DNA of 64,000 bases from Nitrospirota bacterium (GCA_963737155.1 CAVTRN010000001.1:1600001-1664000); one strand, 5' to 3'. Shown: positions 19,395 through 30,558, counted from the first letter of the stretch. Made by a program: numbers and translations. The notes: generated by a model from the letters alone, not told the origin.

Positions 19395-22300
19395 TTAGTT
19401 TTTTACTCTGTCGTTTTTTTGGATTTTTTCCTCTCGTTCTATCCGTTCACCTTCCTCAAGGAATTTCGACGAGATTTCCTTCTCAATATCGTCCTTAAGC
19501 TGATCAAGTGAAATTAAGTCTCCTTTTCTAAGCTCCTTGAGTTTCGCGTTAATATCCCGATAGCGGGGGTTGATGCTCTGGACTTGCTGAAATTCCCGGA
19601 GGGCGCTGTTGGTATTTCCCGCGCCTTGGTAGGCAAGACCAAGGTCATAACGCATTTCGACATCCGCCTGCTCGTCTTCGCCCATGCCTTTCAGGTTAGT
19701 GAGGGCATATTCAATTTCAATGATGGCATTTTCGAATTCCCCCTTTTCCATGTAGCAGAGTCCAAGCATATAGCGGCTATGAACAAATTTTGGCCCTCCT
19801 TCGGTGGGCAGATTGAACTCCGCGATGGCGTCATCGAGAAGCCCCATTTCCTTGTAGGCAACGCCGAGGTTATAGTGAGAATCAACGTCCTCATAGGTTG
19901 ATTGTTCGACACCGCGCTTGAATTCCTCGAAGATTTCATCGAGGCTCTGCTCCTTGGCAGCGGCAGACTGATCAGGAACTGCTATGCCGCTAAGATCATC
20001 CCTGAGTTCTGAAGCGAGGTCGAAGTAATCGTTGGACTTCTGTTCCTGTCTCCCAGCGTTGGATGCATGACTATCCTTTTGCAGCTCTTCTCCCAGGTCA
20101 AAAAACTCCTCTTCTTCGGTTCCCTGGGTCGGGCCAGCAACTGCGTCTGCTGGGTCCTCCTCTATCCAGGGAGGATCAGACGGCTGGTGGGTTTCGGTTT
20201 TCCGCGGCGTTGTGGGAACAGGTGGTTGCTGCTCTAGTTTCTTCAGCGCTGAAATCTCGCTCATGAGATCGCGAACAGCCTCTTCATCCGAGGCACTCAA
20301 CGGCAGCTCTTGATCCGTGGGCTGGGCAGAAAGGGCTCTTTCCAGGTCCTCAACAGCGTCGGCCAAGCGGGTGAATTTCTTTGTCTCTTCCTCCTCCCGT
20401 GAAATTTCGGCAAGACGCGCAATAGCCTGCTTCTCATCGGGGTTTAGCTCGATGATTTTCGCATAATGCTTTTTGGCTTCATTAAACAGGCCTTGCTGAT
20501 AGTAGAATTCAGCCTCAGCCCACATTTCGTTGCTGTCGACTTCGACAGACGGTTCCTGGACAGGCTCTTCCCCGGCCTGTCCGGAAAACTCTTCCTCCCC
20601 TTTCGGCTCGATGGCGGTCTCCGCGGTTATTTCCACTAATGCCGATTTCTCGGCAACTGGTGTGGTTTCGTCAACAATGATCTGGGGCTCGATTTCCGGA
20701 GTGGTTTCCCCATTGCTTGGTGGCTCCTGTTCATCCGGTGTGGGTTGCTCGATGAAATTCCGGTAACCGCTTTCGGTGACGGATGATTCGACGGCAGGCG
20801 AAACCTCCTGGACAATGTGTGGTGGGGTTAATTCAGACTCAAGATAGTCGGTACTGAAGGAACCTTCTTCAACACCGTGTTGGGATTCTGGTTCAGAAGG
20901 GGTGGTGAGCAGGGCGGAGGAATCGACCTCCGCGGTCTGGAGCGCGTCCCCATGGAAGCTCTCGAAAACGCTCTCATCGGTGGGAGCGGGTTCGTGGGCG
21001 GGCAATTCCTCCGATGGGGGAGGCGTTGTTTCGACTTCCTGAACGACTTCGGCGGGCAGGTTATAAGCCGTATCATGGGTGTCAGGAGAAAACACTGTTG
21101 GTCCTGTCTCTGCAATATGTAGTTCATTGGTCACGGCGATTACCGGAGCCACCTCGGGCGTTTCCACAAGGGGTTCGCCAAAGAGCTTGGACTGGACCTC
21201 TGCATTGGTAGGGTCAATTGCCAACACTGTCCGCAATATTTCTTCTGCTTTGTCCTGCATTCCTCGCGCGGTATAAAGATCGGCAAGGATGATCATGTGC
21301 GAGGCCGACTTGCCCATCTGACCGAGATCGCCATAGAGATTGCCCAACTTGACGCGGATCTGGATGTTTTCAGGGGATTTTTGCGCCAGGTTCTCGAGCT
21401 GTTCAAGCGCTTTTGTCGCTAATCCGTACTTGACGAGGACATCAATTTCAGCACACGCTTCGGTGATAGCCGGGTCTATGACTTCCGGTTCAGGAGCCCT
21501 CTCCGCCGACGGGATGACGGACGGAGTTTCCATGATCGGAGTTTCGGTATAAGGCGGTTCTTCGACCGGCGTTTCCAAATCCGGGATTGTAGACTGCCAT
21601 TCAACAGGTTTCCATTCGACCGACTCCACAACAGAAGCAGAAATTTTCGGCTCTTCCGGCTCAGCTGAAGGAGAAATGGCTATGATCGATGTACTCAGTC
21701 GATTGCACAGTTCGTGGGCCTCAGACATTTCGGGGTTGATATCGAGGGCCCGCCCAAGCACTGCTTTCACACCGTCTCGGTTACCCTGATCATAAAGGAT
21801 TTCAGCTGCTTGGAGAAAAGTCCGGGCGGCATCATCATCCCGTCTTACGGAGATATAAAACTCGGCCAGTTTCAACCGCCCCAGCGTGTAGTTCGGGAAC
21901 GCGGCAATGAATTTTTTCAGGCTAGCTTCGGCTGCATTCTGGTCGTCCTGTGCGATGAAGACGTTGGAAAGAGCCACTGCCATATTAAGCGCCTTGTCAT
22001 GGTCTTTTCTTGATAGATATATCGTATATAGTCTCTGAATGGAATCTATTCTGTCGGGGGCCGCGTCGATGATTCTCCTGAGCACCAGTTCCGCATCATT
22101 GTCTTTACCAGCGTTGATAAGCGCGTCCACGTAGGTGTCGGCTAATTCCCGGTTGTCGGGATCGTTTTCAAAAGCGGGCTTCAGGGCTTTACAGGCTTCG
22201 CTGAATTTCCCTTCTTTAATATAGACAATGCCGGCTTTGTGATAGACGTCTTTGTTTTCGGAATCGAGAGACAGAACTTTTTCGAACAGTTGGCGGGCGT

Positions 22301-22853
22301 CATTGAATGCATTTTTCGAGAGGTAAACATCCGCGGCGTCTAGATATGCCTTTGACGCTTCGGCAACCATGCCCTGTTTTGCATACATGTCGGCGAGTTT
22401 GATCCGGAAAGCGATGTTGGCTGAGTTCAGGTCAGCCATTTTCTGATAGATGCTGAGAGCTTTGCCCATATCCTTCTGCTGGGTATAGTAATCTGAAACG
22501 ATCTTATAACTCTCTAATGCGTTACCGGTAAGGCCCTTCTCCGCGTTCAGATCGCCGAGGGCGAGATACACCTCAATATTTTGGGGGTCAATGTTAAGGG
22601 TTTTTTTATAGAGGGCGATGGCTTTGGATGTAAAGCCGTCCGAGGCTAGAATATCAGCGGCCCGCCGGTACGCCTCAACAGCATCGGCTTTTGCGTCCTT
22701 TTTCATGCATAGGTCACCGATGGTGTTGTAAAGATTGGCGTCATGCGACGATTCGCATAGGAGTTTTTTCCATTCCGCAATGGCCCTGTCATATTGGCCC
22801 CGTGCAACGAACTTCTGGGCCTCTGCCATTACGATATTTTTGTCGAGAGCCAT
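19395..22853 (-). CDS. large tetratricopeptide-repeat protein with acidic Pro/Glu-rich linker
   Basis: Start probably MALDKNIV; N- and C-terminal TPRs (HYNLGVAYKEMGLLDDAIAEF); low-complexity middle. Confidence 0.85.
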   Translation of the reverse strand: MALDKNIVMAEAQKFVARGQYDRAIAEWKKLLCESSHDANLYNTIGDLCMKKDAKADAVEAYRRAADILASDGFTSKAIALYKKTLNIDPQNIEVYLALGDLNAEKGLTGNALESYKIVSDYYTQQKDMGKALSIYQKMADLNSANIAFRIKLADMYAKQGMVAEASKAYLDAADVYLSKNAFNDARQLFEKVLSLDSENKDVYHKAGIVYIKEGKFSEACKALKPAFENDPDNRELADTYVDALINAGKDNDAELVLRRIIDAAPDRIDSIQRLYTIYLSRKDHDKALNMAVALSNVFIAQDDQNAAEASLKKFIAAFPNYTLGRLKLAEFYISVRRDDDAARTFLQAAEILYDQGNRDGVKAVLGRALDINPEMSEAHELCNRLSTSIIAISPSAEPEEPKISASVVESVEWKPVEWQSTIPDLETPVEEPPYTETPIMETPSVIPSAERAPEPEVIDPAITEACAEIDVLVKYGLATKALEQLENLAQKSPENIQIRVKLGNLYGDLGQMGKSASHMIILADLYTARGMQDKAEEILRTVLAIDPTNAEVQSKLFGEPLVETPEVAPVIAVTNELHIAETGPTVFSPDTHDTAYNLPAEVVQEVETTPPPSEELPAHEPAPTDESVFESFHGDALQTAEVDSSALLTTPSEPESQHGVEEGSFSTDYLESELTPPHIVQEVSPAVESSVTESGYRNFIEQPTPDEQEPPSNGETTPEIEPQIIVDETTPVAEKSALVEITAETAIEPKGEEEFSGQAGEEPVQEPSVEVDSNEMWAEAEFYYQQGLFNEAKKHYAKIIELNPDEKQAIARLAEISREEEETKKFTRLADAVEDLERALSAQPTDQELPLSASDEEAVRDLMSEISALKKLEQQPPVPTTPRKTETHQPSDPPWIEEDPADAVAGPTQGTEEEEFFDLGEELQKDSHASNAGRQEQKSNDYFDLASELRDDLSGIAVPDQSAAAKEQSLDEIFEEFKRGVEQSTYEDVDSHYNLGVAYKEMGLLDDAIAEFNLPTEGGPKFVHSRYMLGLCYMEKGEFENAIIEIEYALTNLKGMGEDEQADVEMRYDLGLAYQGAGNTNSALREFQQVQSINPRYRDINAKLKELRKGDLISLDQLKDDIEKEISSKFLEEGERIEREEKIQKNDRVKN

Positions 22854-22989
22854 AGAATAAAAATACCATAAAGCTCGCCGGAGTGTCAACATGAACGTCT
22901 TCGCAATCTTCGCAGACTTCTGTGTGAACGGAGAGATTACCCATATTCCGCCTTGATTTTGATCGAGAATCATGTTAAATATAATTATA

Positions 22990-23508
22990 ATGACAATTCG
23001 CATAATTCGAACTTATCCGGATCCTGTATTACGTATCAAAACGGCCCGGGTTGAAAAAATTGATAATTCCCTGAGTCAGCTCATACAAGACATGATCGAG
23101 ACAATGCATGCTGCGCCGGGAGTCGGACTCGCAGCCAACCAGGTAGGGGTATCGCTCCAGCTAGCTGTAATCGATCTGAGCAGCAGGGAGGAAGATCAAC
23201 AGCGTCATCCGCTCATGGTCATAATCAATCCCGAAATCCTTTCCTTGGATGGGACTGTTGTTGAAGAAGAAGGGTGCCTGAGCATCCCTGACTATGCCGA
23301 GAAGACGAAGCGCGCGTCAAAGGTCAGGGTGCGCGCCCAGGATCGAACGGGAAAATTTTTTGAAATTGCCGCGGAAGGTTTGCTGGCAAAGGCCTTGCAG
23401 CATGAAATTGACCACTTGAACGGCATCTTGTTCATCGACAGGCTCAGTCCCCTCAAGAAAAGCATCTTCAAGCGAAGATTCAAGAAACTCGCGGTTGAAC
23501 AGGCATAA
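22990..23508 (+). CDS. def: peptide deformylase
   Basis: GVGLAANQ, EGCLS, QHEIDHL. Confidence 0.96.
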   Translation: MTIRIIRTYPDPVLRIKTARVEKIDNSLSQLIQDMIETMHAAPGVGLAANQVGVSLQLAVIDLSSREEDQQRHPLMVIINPEILSLDGTVVEEEGCLSIPDYAEKTKRASKVRVRAQDRTGKFFEIAAEGLLAKALQHEIDHLNGILFIDRLSPLKKSIFKRRFKKLAVEQA

Positions 23509-23648
23509 ATCACCAGTCAAACCCCGGGAATCAGGCGACTTATTCCGGCCGACCGACGGTAATCGTGCTTATGATCAAACATAGCACGAGAACCATCGAC
23601 AAAACTGCCGTTTGTAGGAGTCCGTATCCGCGATTCAGGACATCCGAC

Positions 23649-24581
23649 ATGAAACTTGTTTACATGGGAACGCCGCACTTTGCCGTACCGCCGCTTCGCG
23701 CGCTTGCAGCTGGGGGACATGAAATCGTCGGTGTTGTGACACGGGTCGACAAGCCAGCGGGAAGAGGCAGGGTTCTTGCCTCGCCTCCGGTAAAGCAAGC
23801 TGCTGCTGAAATGAAGCTTCCGCTGTTTCAGCCGCGGCGCGTTCGGGAGCTCGAATTCATCGCCAGGCTCCAAACACTGAACGCTGAAGCCATTGTGGTT
23901 GCCGCCTACGGACAGATTTTGCCGAAAGAGATACTGACAATCCCGAAATTTGGCTGCATTAATATTCATGCATCGCTGCTGCCGCTCTATCGCGGCGCCG
24001 CGCCAATCAACTGGGCCATCATGCACGGCGATGCCGAGACCGGGATTACGATCATGCAGATGGATGAAGGAATGGACACTGGCGCGATGCTTCTGCAGGA
24101 GAGCATTCCGATCGATCCGAAGGATACGGCGGGTTCTATGCTTGAAAAGCTTTCCTCACTGGGCGCCCGGCTCATCTCTGCGGCATTGCCGTTGATTGCC
24201 GCTGGGAGTATTGTTTCCCGCATACAGGACAATTCGAAGGCGACACTCGCACCGCTTCTTAAAAAAGAAGATGGGTTCATTGACTGGCAGCTGTCCGCTG
24301 TCGAGATACACAATCGTGTTCGCGGACTATCCCCTTGGCCAGGCGCGCACACATCCCTGGATGGGAAAATGATCGAGATCCTTGAGTCGGAGGCAATGGC
24401 TGGCAAAGGGGGGGAGCCAGGCGTTTTGGCCGAAGCGGAGAAGGGCGTGCTGGCTGTCGGCACCGGTTCCGGACTACTCCGAATTGTAGCGCTGCAACCG
24501 GAAGGGAAAAAGCCTATGACAGCTGCGGATTTTTTACGGGGCTACCACGGCCTGGCGGGAAAAAAGCTGTCAAAGAAGTAA
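23649..24581 (+). CDS. fmt: methionyl-tRNA formyltransferase
   Basis: MGTPHFA, NIHASLLPLYRGAAPI, MDTG; follows def. Confidence 0.96.
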   Translation: MKLVYMGTPHFAVPPLRALAAGGHEIVGVVTRVDKPAGRGRVLASPPVKQAAAEMKLPLFQPRRVRELEFIARLQTLNAEAIVVAAYGQILPKEILTIPKFGCINIHASLLPLYRGAAPINWAIMHGDAETGITIMQMDEGMDTGAMLLQESIPIDPKDTAGSMLEKLSSLGARLISAALPLIAAGSIVSRIQDNSKATLAPLLKKEDGFIDWQLSAVEIHNRVRGLSPWPGAHTSLDGKMIEILESEAMAGKGGEPGVLAEAEKGVLAVGTGSGLLRIVALQPEGKKPMTAADFLRGYHGLAGKKLSKK

Positions 24582-24643
24582 TAAATCAATAACCCTCAAT
24601 GTTGTGTTGAGTTGACCCTGAACATTGAATTTGGCGGATACTT

Positions 24644-25411
24644 ATGCCGGAACCCCAAAAAAGAATCTTTATTGGCCTTATCGTCTTCTCGGTGTTTCTC
24701 ATCACCGCAGTTACGGTGGGGCTGTATCTGATCCCCTATATAGGGCTCAGAAATATCCATCCCTTTGCACCGGAGATTGTTTGTATCACCATGGGAACGG
24801 TGATCGCTGCACTTGTCATCGGCGTGGGACTGCTCATCCTGACGCTTGTCCGAGGCAGGGAAATTTTTTTTGCATCACGGCTTCGTGGGATCGTAATTGA
24901 AGTGCTCTTTCCCATTATGATCGGCATTGGAAAAATCCTCGGTATCTCTAAGGAAAAGATTCAGCAGTCCTTTGTCGAGGTGAACAACCTTCTGGTCAAG
25001 GCCAAATGCAGCGATATTAAGCCTAAACGCATTCTGCTTCTCATGCCCCACTGTCTCCAGTTCAGCGACTGCGCCATCAAAATAACGAGCGATGCCTACA
25101 AGTGCCAGTCCTGTGGCAAGTGCAAGATAAAAGACCTTGTCATGCTTGCCAAAAAACATGACGTGCATCTATCTGTTGCGACGGGAGGAACTCTCGCCCG
25201 GCGGAGGGTCGCGGAGGCGAAGCCTCAGGCCATCATCGCCGTTGCCTGTGAGAGGGATTTAACGAGCGGCATTCAGGACGCCTACCCGCTTCCCGTGATT
25301 GGTATTTTGAATGACCGTCCCTTTGGCCCCTGTTACAATACGAGCGTCGATATTAGCAAGGTTGCCGAGGCGCTCGAATTCCTCGCGAACGACCGCTGTG
25401 AGCCTCGTTAG
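24644..25411 (+). CDS. DUF116 family protein
   Basis: LLMPHCLQ, C..CGKC, VATGGTLAR, AVACERDL; usual fmt-rsmB context. Confidence 0.85.
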   Translation: MPEPQKRIFIGLIVFSVFLITAVTVGLYLIPYIGLRNIHPFAPEIVCITMGTVIAALVIGVGLLILTLVRGREIFFASRLRGIVIEVLFPIMIGIGKILGISKEKIQQSFVEVNNLLVKAKCSDIKPKRILLLMPHCLQFSDCAIKITSDAYKCQSCGKCKIKDLVMLAKKHDVHLSVATGGTLARRRVAEAKPQAIIAVACERDLTSGIQDAYPLPVIGILNDRPFGPCYNTSVDISKVAEALEFLANDRCEPR

Positions 25412-25479
25412 AAAACGCCGAAGATGGATTCTTACGGGCATTGATTTTCGAACGCCATTGCAGGGGCAGGTTAAATCTG

Positions 25480-26811
25480 GTGAACTATATCGATAAACCG
25501 CGGGAGAAAGCGGTCGAGATCCTTCATCGTGTGGAGGAGGGCTTTTTTGCCGACTCCTTGCTCGAACAGGCGCGGCAAACCTTCGGGGCGCTGGACAGCG
25601 CGTTCATTCTTGAACTCGTCTATGGGATCCTCAGGAACCGCGCCCGGCTGGACTGGGCCTTGAATCTCCTTTCTGCTCAGCCTTTGGAAAAAACCGATGC
25701 CTGGACTCGGAACATCCTGCGAATGGGCGCCTATCAGCTGCTCTTTCTGGACCGGGTTCCTGCGAGCGCAGCGGTGAATACGGCAACTGAGCTAGCGAAA
25801 GTGTACGGGAAAAAGCAGGGCTATGTAAATGGGTTACTCAGAAATCTCGACCGAAGGCGGAGTGCGATCTCCTTTCCTGGACCGGATGATCTGGTAAAAC
25901 GTCTGGCTGTTCTCTACTCACACCCCGCGTGGCTGATCAGACGCTGGCTCGAACGATATGGTGCCCAAACCACGGAGTCGCTACTGGGCACCAATAACCT
26001 GCCTGCATCGCTTGTGATCAGGTGTAATACCCTCAAGGTAACGAGAGATGAGCTGAAAGCGTCCTTGGCATCGCAAGGGGCTGAATCGCGGGAAACATCC
26101 TATTCGCCGGTCGGGCTCGAAATTTTTTCGTCACCAGGCATCCGCGCACTTTCGGCCTATGAACAGGGTTGGTTCATGGTACAGGATGAAGCGGCCCAAC
26201 TTGTCAGCCTTCTGCTTGCTCCTGGACCAGGCCAAACCGTCCTCGACGCCTGCGCAGCGCCTGGAGGAAAAGCCACGCATCTGGCCGAACTTATGGGGGA
26301 CCGCGGAACTATTGTAGCCCTTGATAGCGATCACACGCGGGTCGCTAGAATCCGGGAAAATATCAGCAGGCTTGGGCTGAAGATCATTACCCCAGAGAAA
26401 GGCGACGCGACACAGTATCGAGAACGCTCGTTCGATAAGGTCCTGATCGACGCGCCGTGCTCGGGTTTGGGCGTTCTGCGGAGGCATCCCGACGGCAGAT
26501 GGCTTAAGAATGAGCGGATAATCTGGGAGCGGGCAGCGGTTCAGCAGCGGATTCTAGAAAATTGCGCGAACCTGCTAAATCCTGGTGGGGTGCTCGTCTA
26601 TGCGACCTGCACAACAGAGCTGGAGGAAAACGAGGGGTTAATCACCGATTTTCTCACCGGAAGAAGAGGCGATTTTACAATCGATGATCCCCGTCCGTTT
26701 CTACCCGTACAGGCTGCAGTTTTTGTCAACGATACGGGATTTTTTTGCACGTTCCCTAACACATTGGGCATGGATGGCTTTTTCGGGGTGAGGCTGGTGA
26801 GGAAACACTAG
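25480..26811 (+). CDS. rsmB: 16S rRNA m5C967 methyltransferase
   Basis: NusB-like N-domain, QDEAAQ, DACAAPGGK, DAPCSG, YATCT. Confidence 0.93.
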   Translation: MNYIDKPREKAVEILHRVEEGFFADSLLEQARQTFGALDSAFILELVYGILRNRARLDWALNLLSAQPLEKTDAWTRNILRMGAYQLLFLDRVPASAAVNTATELAKVYGKKQGYVNGLLRNLDRRRSAISFPGPDDLVKRLAVLYSHPAWLIRRWLERYGAQTTESLLGTNNLPASLVIRCNTLKVTRDELKASLASQGAESRETSYSPVGLEIFSSPGIRALSAYEQGWFMVQDEAAQLVSLLLAPGPGQTVLDACAAPGGKATHLAELMGDRGTIVALDSDHTRVARIRENISRLGLKIITPEKGDATQYRERSFDKVLIDAPCSGLGVLRRHPDGRWLKNERIIWERAAVQQRILENCANLLNPGGVLVYATCTTELEENEGLITDFLTGRRGDFTIDDPRPFLPVQAAVFVNDTGFFCTFPNTLGMDGFFGVRLVRKH

Positions 26812-27026
26812 GAAAAGACGGCTGGGGATGGTATTTGCCAACCCCTGCTATTCGGAAGTTCTTGCATCTTAATTTCAATATGGTAAAATACATATTCCGC
26901 TGCGATGCGTCTAAGGATTGCATCCTCCAAGGAGGTACGAATCCGATCGTCCTCTTCACGATCATTGCCTTCACCCTTGATCCCTTGCCATAAGCGGGGA
27001 GGAGCTTTTGAGAAAGGCTTTTTTAA

Positions 27027-27743
27027 TTGAAACAGTTCCTGAAAAGTCTTGTTATTTTTATTGCACTTGTTGGTATCGGCATTGTCAGCGCCTTTGCCGT
27101 CGTTGCCCTTCTCCTCCGCCAGGAGGAGGTGCGCGTGCCCGATCTTGCGGGCCAGGACATCGTGAGCGTACTTGAAACGGTTAGACAGCTGGGCCTGGAA
27201 ATCAAGGTCGACCGGAGAGAGCCCAGCCAAACACTGCCACAAGATACCATTATATCACAGATCCCAGCGCCAGGAAGCGGGATAAAAAAAGGACGACAGG
27301 TACGGGTTGTCGTGAGTCAAGGTTCCAGTGAATATTTAGCGCCGAAGCTCGTGGGTGAAAATTTTCGCAAAGCCGACATCATGATTCGGCAGGCCGGTTT
27401 TTTCACTGGGGCAGTATCGAGGGTCTCCTCCGACAGCATCGAACGTGACATGGTGATAGCCCAAGCCCCACAGGCGGGTAGTTCGCTGGAAAAGGGTGGT
27501 ACCCTCAATTTACTGGTGAGTGCCGGCAAAAAGCCGAAGATCTTGAGCATGCCGGAGCTAACTGGCAAACCGCCAGAAGAGGCATTAAGAATCGTTGATC
27601 GGCTTTATCTGCAGCACCGGGTACTGATGCGGTCCGCAGGCTCAAATGCCGCGGGACCGAACCGGATTGTGATTAGCCAGAAGCCGACCGCAGGCTATCC
27701 TGTATCAACCGATGCAATAGTGGATATCGTGATAAATAAGTAG
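27027..27743 (+). CDS. PASTA domain-containing protein
   Basis: TM anchor plus three PASTA repeats (VPDLAG, APKLVG, MPELTG). Confidence 0.85.
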   Translation: MKQFLKSLVIFIALVGIGIVSAFAVVALLLRQEEVRVPDLAGQDIVSVLETVRQLGLEIKVDRREPSQTLPQDTIISQIPAPGSGIKKGRQVRVVVSQGSSEYLAPKLVGENFRKADIMIRQAGFFTGAVSRVSSDSIERDMVIAQAPQAGSSLEKGGTLNLLVSAGKKPKILSMPELTGKPPEEALRIVDRLYLQHRVLMRSAGSNAAGPNRIVISQKPTAGYPVSTDAIVDIVINK

Positions 27744-27950
27744 GGGTAGCCCGATGCGGTTGCTGACGGTCAGGCGAATGTTTTACGAATCCGGGTCTCG
27801 TTTTAGAATAGTTTTTAACTATCTGGGAATCAAATCCGTTACCCGCAAAAAACGCGAACGATGCTAAGGAAGCCTAAAAGTTAGACATGAGCCCTCATTG
27901 ATCGCCACGAAATAATTTATTATTATAGATTTTAATCTCAAGGGAGTCAC

Positions 27951-28610
27951 ATGACCTATAAAATCAGGGTAGCGCCCTCCATTCTTTCCGCTGACTTTTC
28001 CAGACTGGGCGAGGAGATCAAGGCCGTTGAAGCTGCGGGCGCGGACATTATTCATATCGACGTAATGGACGGACACTTTGTTCCGAACATCACGATCGGG
28101 CCGATCATTGTGGAAGCAGCACGCAGGTCCACGAAACTTCCCTTGGATGTACACCTCATGATCACCAATCCCGAATTGTATATTGCCGATTTTGCAAAAG
28201 CGGGGGCCGATTACCTCACGGTGCACGTCGAGACCGCCTTTCACCTCAATAGGCTTGTCCAATCCATCAAGGAGCATCAAGGCGTGAGGGCGTCGGTGTC
28301 CTTGAATCCGGCAACCCCGCTTTCGAGCTTGGATTATATATTGCCGGAGGTGGATATGGTGTTGATCATGTCCGTAAACCCCGGGTTCGGCGGACAGGCC
28401 TTTATTCCATCAGCGCTAGACAAGATAGCAAAACTCAGGAAGTTGATCGATGCACTGGGCCTCAAGACCGAGATCGAGGTGGATGGAGGCGTTAAGCCCG
28501 ATAATGCCGCAGCTGTCATCAATGCTGGCGCCGACATCCTCGTCGCAGGGTCGGCGATCTTCGGCAAGAAGGACTACGCAGCGGCGATCAGGGGTATTCG
28601 TGGAAATTGA
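27951..28610 (+). CDS. rpe: ribulose-phosphate 3-epimerase
   Basis: [35 protein letters not shown]. Confidence 0.97.
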   Translation: MTYKIRVAPSILSADFSRLGEEIKAVEAAGADIIHIDVMDGHFVPNITIGPIIVEAARRSTKLPLDVHLMITNPELYIADFAKAGADYLTVHVETAFHLNRLVQSIKEHQGVRASVSLNPATPLSSLDYILPEVDMVLIMSVNPGFGGQAFIPSALDKIAKLRKLIDALGLKTEIEVDGGVKPDNAAAVINAGADILVAGSAIFGKKDYAAAIRGIRGN

Positions 28611-28696
28611 ATAGTCGTCGGTGCTATTGAAATTTATATGTTATATATTGATCTCTGTATATTGAATTTTGAAGTTATTTTCCGGAGGTGCATTCC

Positions 28697-30487
28697 ATGA
28701 CTATTAAAAGGCAGACAGTAAAAATTCCCTTCGAACTCAAGGACGTGAAGGAGGCTGTTCTGTACCGCGAAATGTTCCCCTATTCGAGCGTACCGAGAAT
28801 CGTGCTTGAAGACCGGCTTATTCAAACCAACATCCCGAAGGACATTTGGATCACCGACACGACGTTTCGCGATGGGCAACAGTCCCGGCCACCCTATACG
28901 ATCCAGCAGATCGTCGATATCTTCGATTTCCTTCACCGGATGAGCGGCCCCAATGGAGTGATCCGCCAGTCAGAGTTCTTTCTTTACTCGGAGAAGGACC
29001 GTGAGGCGGTGCGGCTCTGCCTGGGGCGGGGATACCGTTATCCGGAAGTTACTGGATGGATTAGAGCAAATAAGAACGATTTCAAACTTGTGAAGGAAAT
29101 GGGTCTCAAGGAGACGGGCATTCTTACCTCGTGCTCGGACTACCACATTTTCCTGAAGTTGAACATGTCTCGACAAGACGCTATGAAACAGTATCTCGGT
29201 ATCGTGACGACGGCGCTTGAGCAGGGCATCAAACCACGCTGCCATCTGGAAGACATTACCCGGGCTGACTTCTACGGTTTTGTCATCCCCTTTGCGCAGG
29301 AATTGATGAAATTGTCGGAATCGTCGAAAGTCCCCATCAAGATCCGCGCTTGCGATACCATGGGCTACGGATTCCCATTTCCCGGCACGGCGCTTCCGCG
29401 CGGAGTGCCGGAAATCTTCTACGCGCTCATTCATGACGGCGGCGTACCTTCAGAACAGCTTGAATGGCACGGCCATAATGATTTTCATAAGGGGCTGGTA
29501 AACGGCGTTGCCGCGTGGATGTATGGCTGTTCGTCGGTAAATGGCGCGCTTCTTGGATTCGGTGAGCGTACAGGCAACACTCCCATTGAGGCAATGCTGA
29601 TGGATTATATCAGCCTTACCGGCAACGATTCAGGCATCGATACGACAGCGATCACTGAAATGGCTGAATACTTCCAGCGTGAGATGAAATTCCCGATCCC
29701 GTCCAACTATCCCTTCGTTGGCTCCGAGTTCAACTCCACGAGCGCTGGCATTCATGCCGACGGCATGATGAAGAATGAAGAAATATATAATATCTTCGAT
29801 ACCATGAAGATCCTGAAGCGGCCCATGGGCGTGATTATTACAGACAAGTCGGGGGTCGCTGGCATCGCTCACTGGGTGAATAGCCACTTGAACCTGGACG
29901 CGGACAAGAAAATCGACAAGCGCCACCCGGGCCTTGCCAAGATGCATAAGTGGGTGATGGAGCAGTACGAGCAGGGCAGGACCACGAGCATCTCGCACGA
30001 CGAGCTGTTGGAAAAAGCGAAGAAGTATCTGTCCGAGTATTTCGTCTCAGATCTCGATAAACTGAAGAAGAAAGCGCAGGAGATTTCTCTCCATCTCGTC
30101 GAGGAAATGGTGGAACGGAAAGAGATGCGCACGATGGAGCACGCGGAGCAGGAGTCGGTCCTGCAGAAGCTGCTGGACGATAACGCCTTCATACAATTTG
30201 CCTACGTCGTGAATGGCGAGGGGAAAAAAATCACGAAGAACATCACTCAGATCCAGTACAAGGCCCAGTTCGAGAATTCGGGGCTGGGGGACAACTTCTC
30301 GGATCGTCCCTGGTTCATCAGCCCCGTGAAGGATGGTAAAAGCTTCGTGTCGGATTTTTATACGTCGAAGATAACTGGTGCCCTGTGTATCACGGTATCG
30401 GCGCCTATTGCCAGCGACAGCAACAACATCATCATCGGCGTTTTCGGTGTGGACATTCGGTTCGAAGACCTGGTGCGGGCAGAATAA
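28697..30487 (+). CDS. DRE-TIM metallolyase, Re-citrate synthase-like, with C-terminal Cache/PDC-like domain
   Basis: DTTFRDGQQ, HGHNDF, GERTGN, AGIHADG; tail SDRPWF..SDFYTSKITGALCITVSAPI..GVFGVDI. Confidence 0.75.
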   Translation: MTIKRQTVKIPFELKDVKEAVLYREMFPYSSVPRIVLEDRLIQTNIPKDIWITDTTFRDGQQSRPPYTIQQIVDIFDFLHRMSGPNGVIRQSEFFLYSEKDREAVRLCLGRGYRYPEVTGWIRANKNDFKLVKEMGLKETGILTSCSDYHIFLKLNMSRQDAMKQYLGIVTTALEQGIKPRCHLEDITRADFYGFVIPFAQELMKLSESSKVPIKIRACDTMGYGFPFPGTALPRGVPEIFYALIHDGGVPSEQLEWHGHNDFHKGLVNGVAAWMYGCSSVNGALLGFGERTGNTPIEAMLMDYISLTGNDSGIDTTAITEMAEYFQREMKFPIPSNYPFVGSEFNSTSAGIHADGMMKNEEIYNIFDTMKILKRPMGVIITDKSGVAGIAHWVNSHLNLDADKKIDKRHPGLAKMHKWVMEQYEQGRTTSISHDELLEKAKKYLSEYFVSDLDKLKKKAQEISLHLVEEMVERKEMRTMEHAEQESVLQKLLDDNAFIQFAYVVNGEGKKITKNITQIQYKAQFENSGLGDNFSDRPWFISPVKDGKSFVSDFYTSKITGALCITVSAPIASDSNNIIIGVFGVDIRFEDLVRAE

Positions 30488-30520
30488 GAAAATCCAAAAG
30501 CCGCGAATATAACGCAAAGG

Positions 30521-30558
30521 GCCTTGCGGTTCCTTCCGGAATGCGAGGCTTTTTTATT
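30521..30558 (+). terminator. intrinsic terminator
   Basis: GCCTTGCGGTTCC...GGAATGCGAGGC hairpin followed by TTTTTT. Confidence 0.6.
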
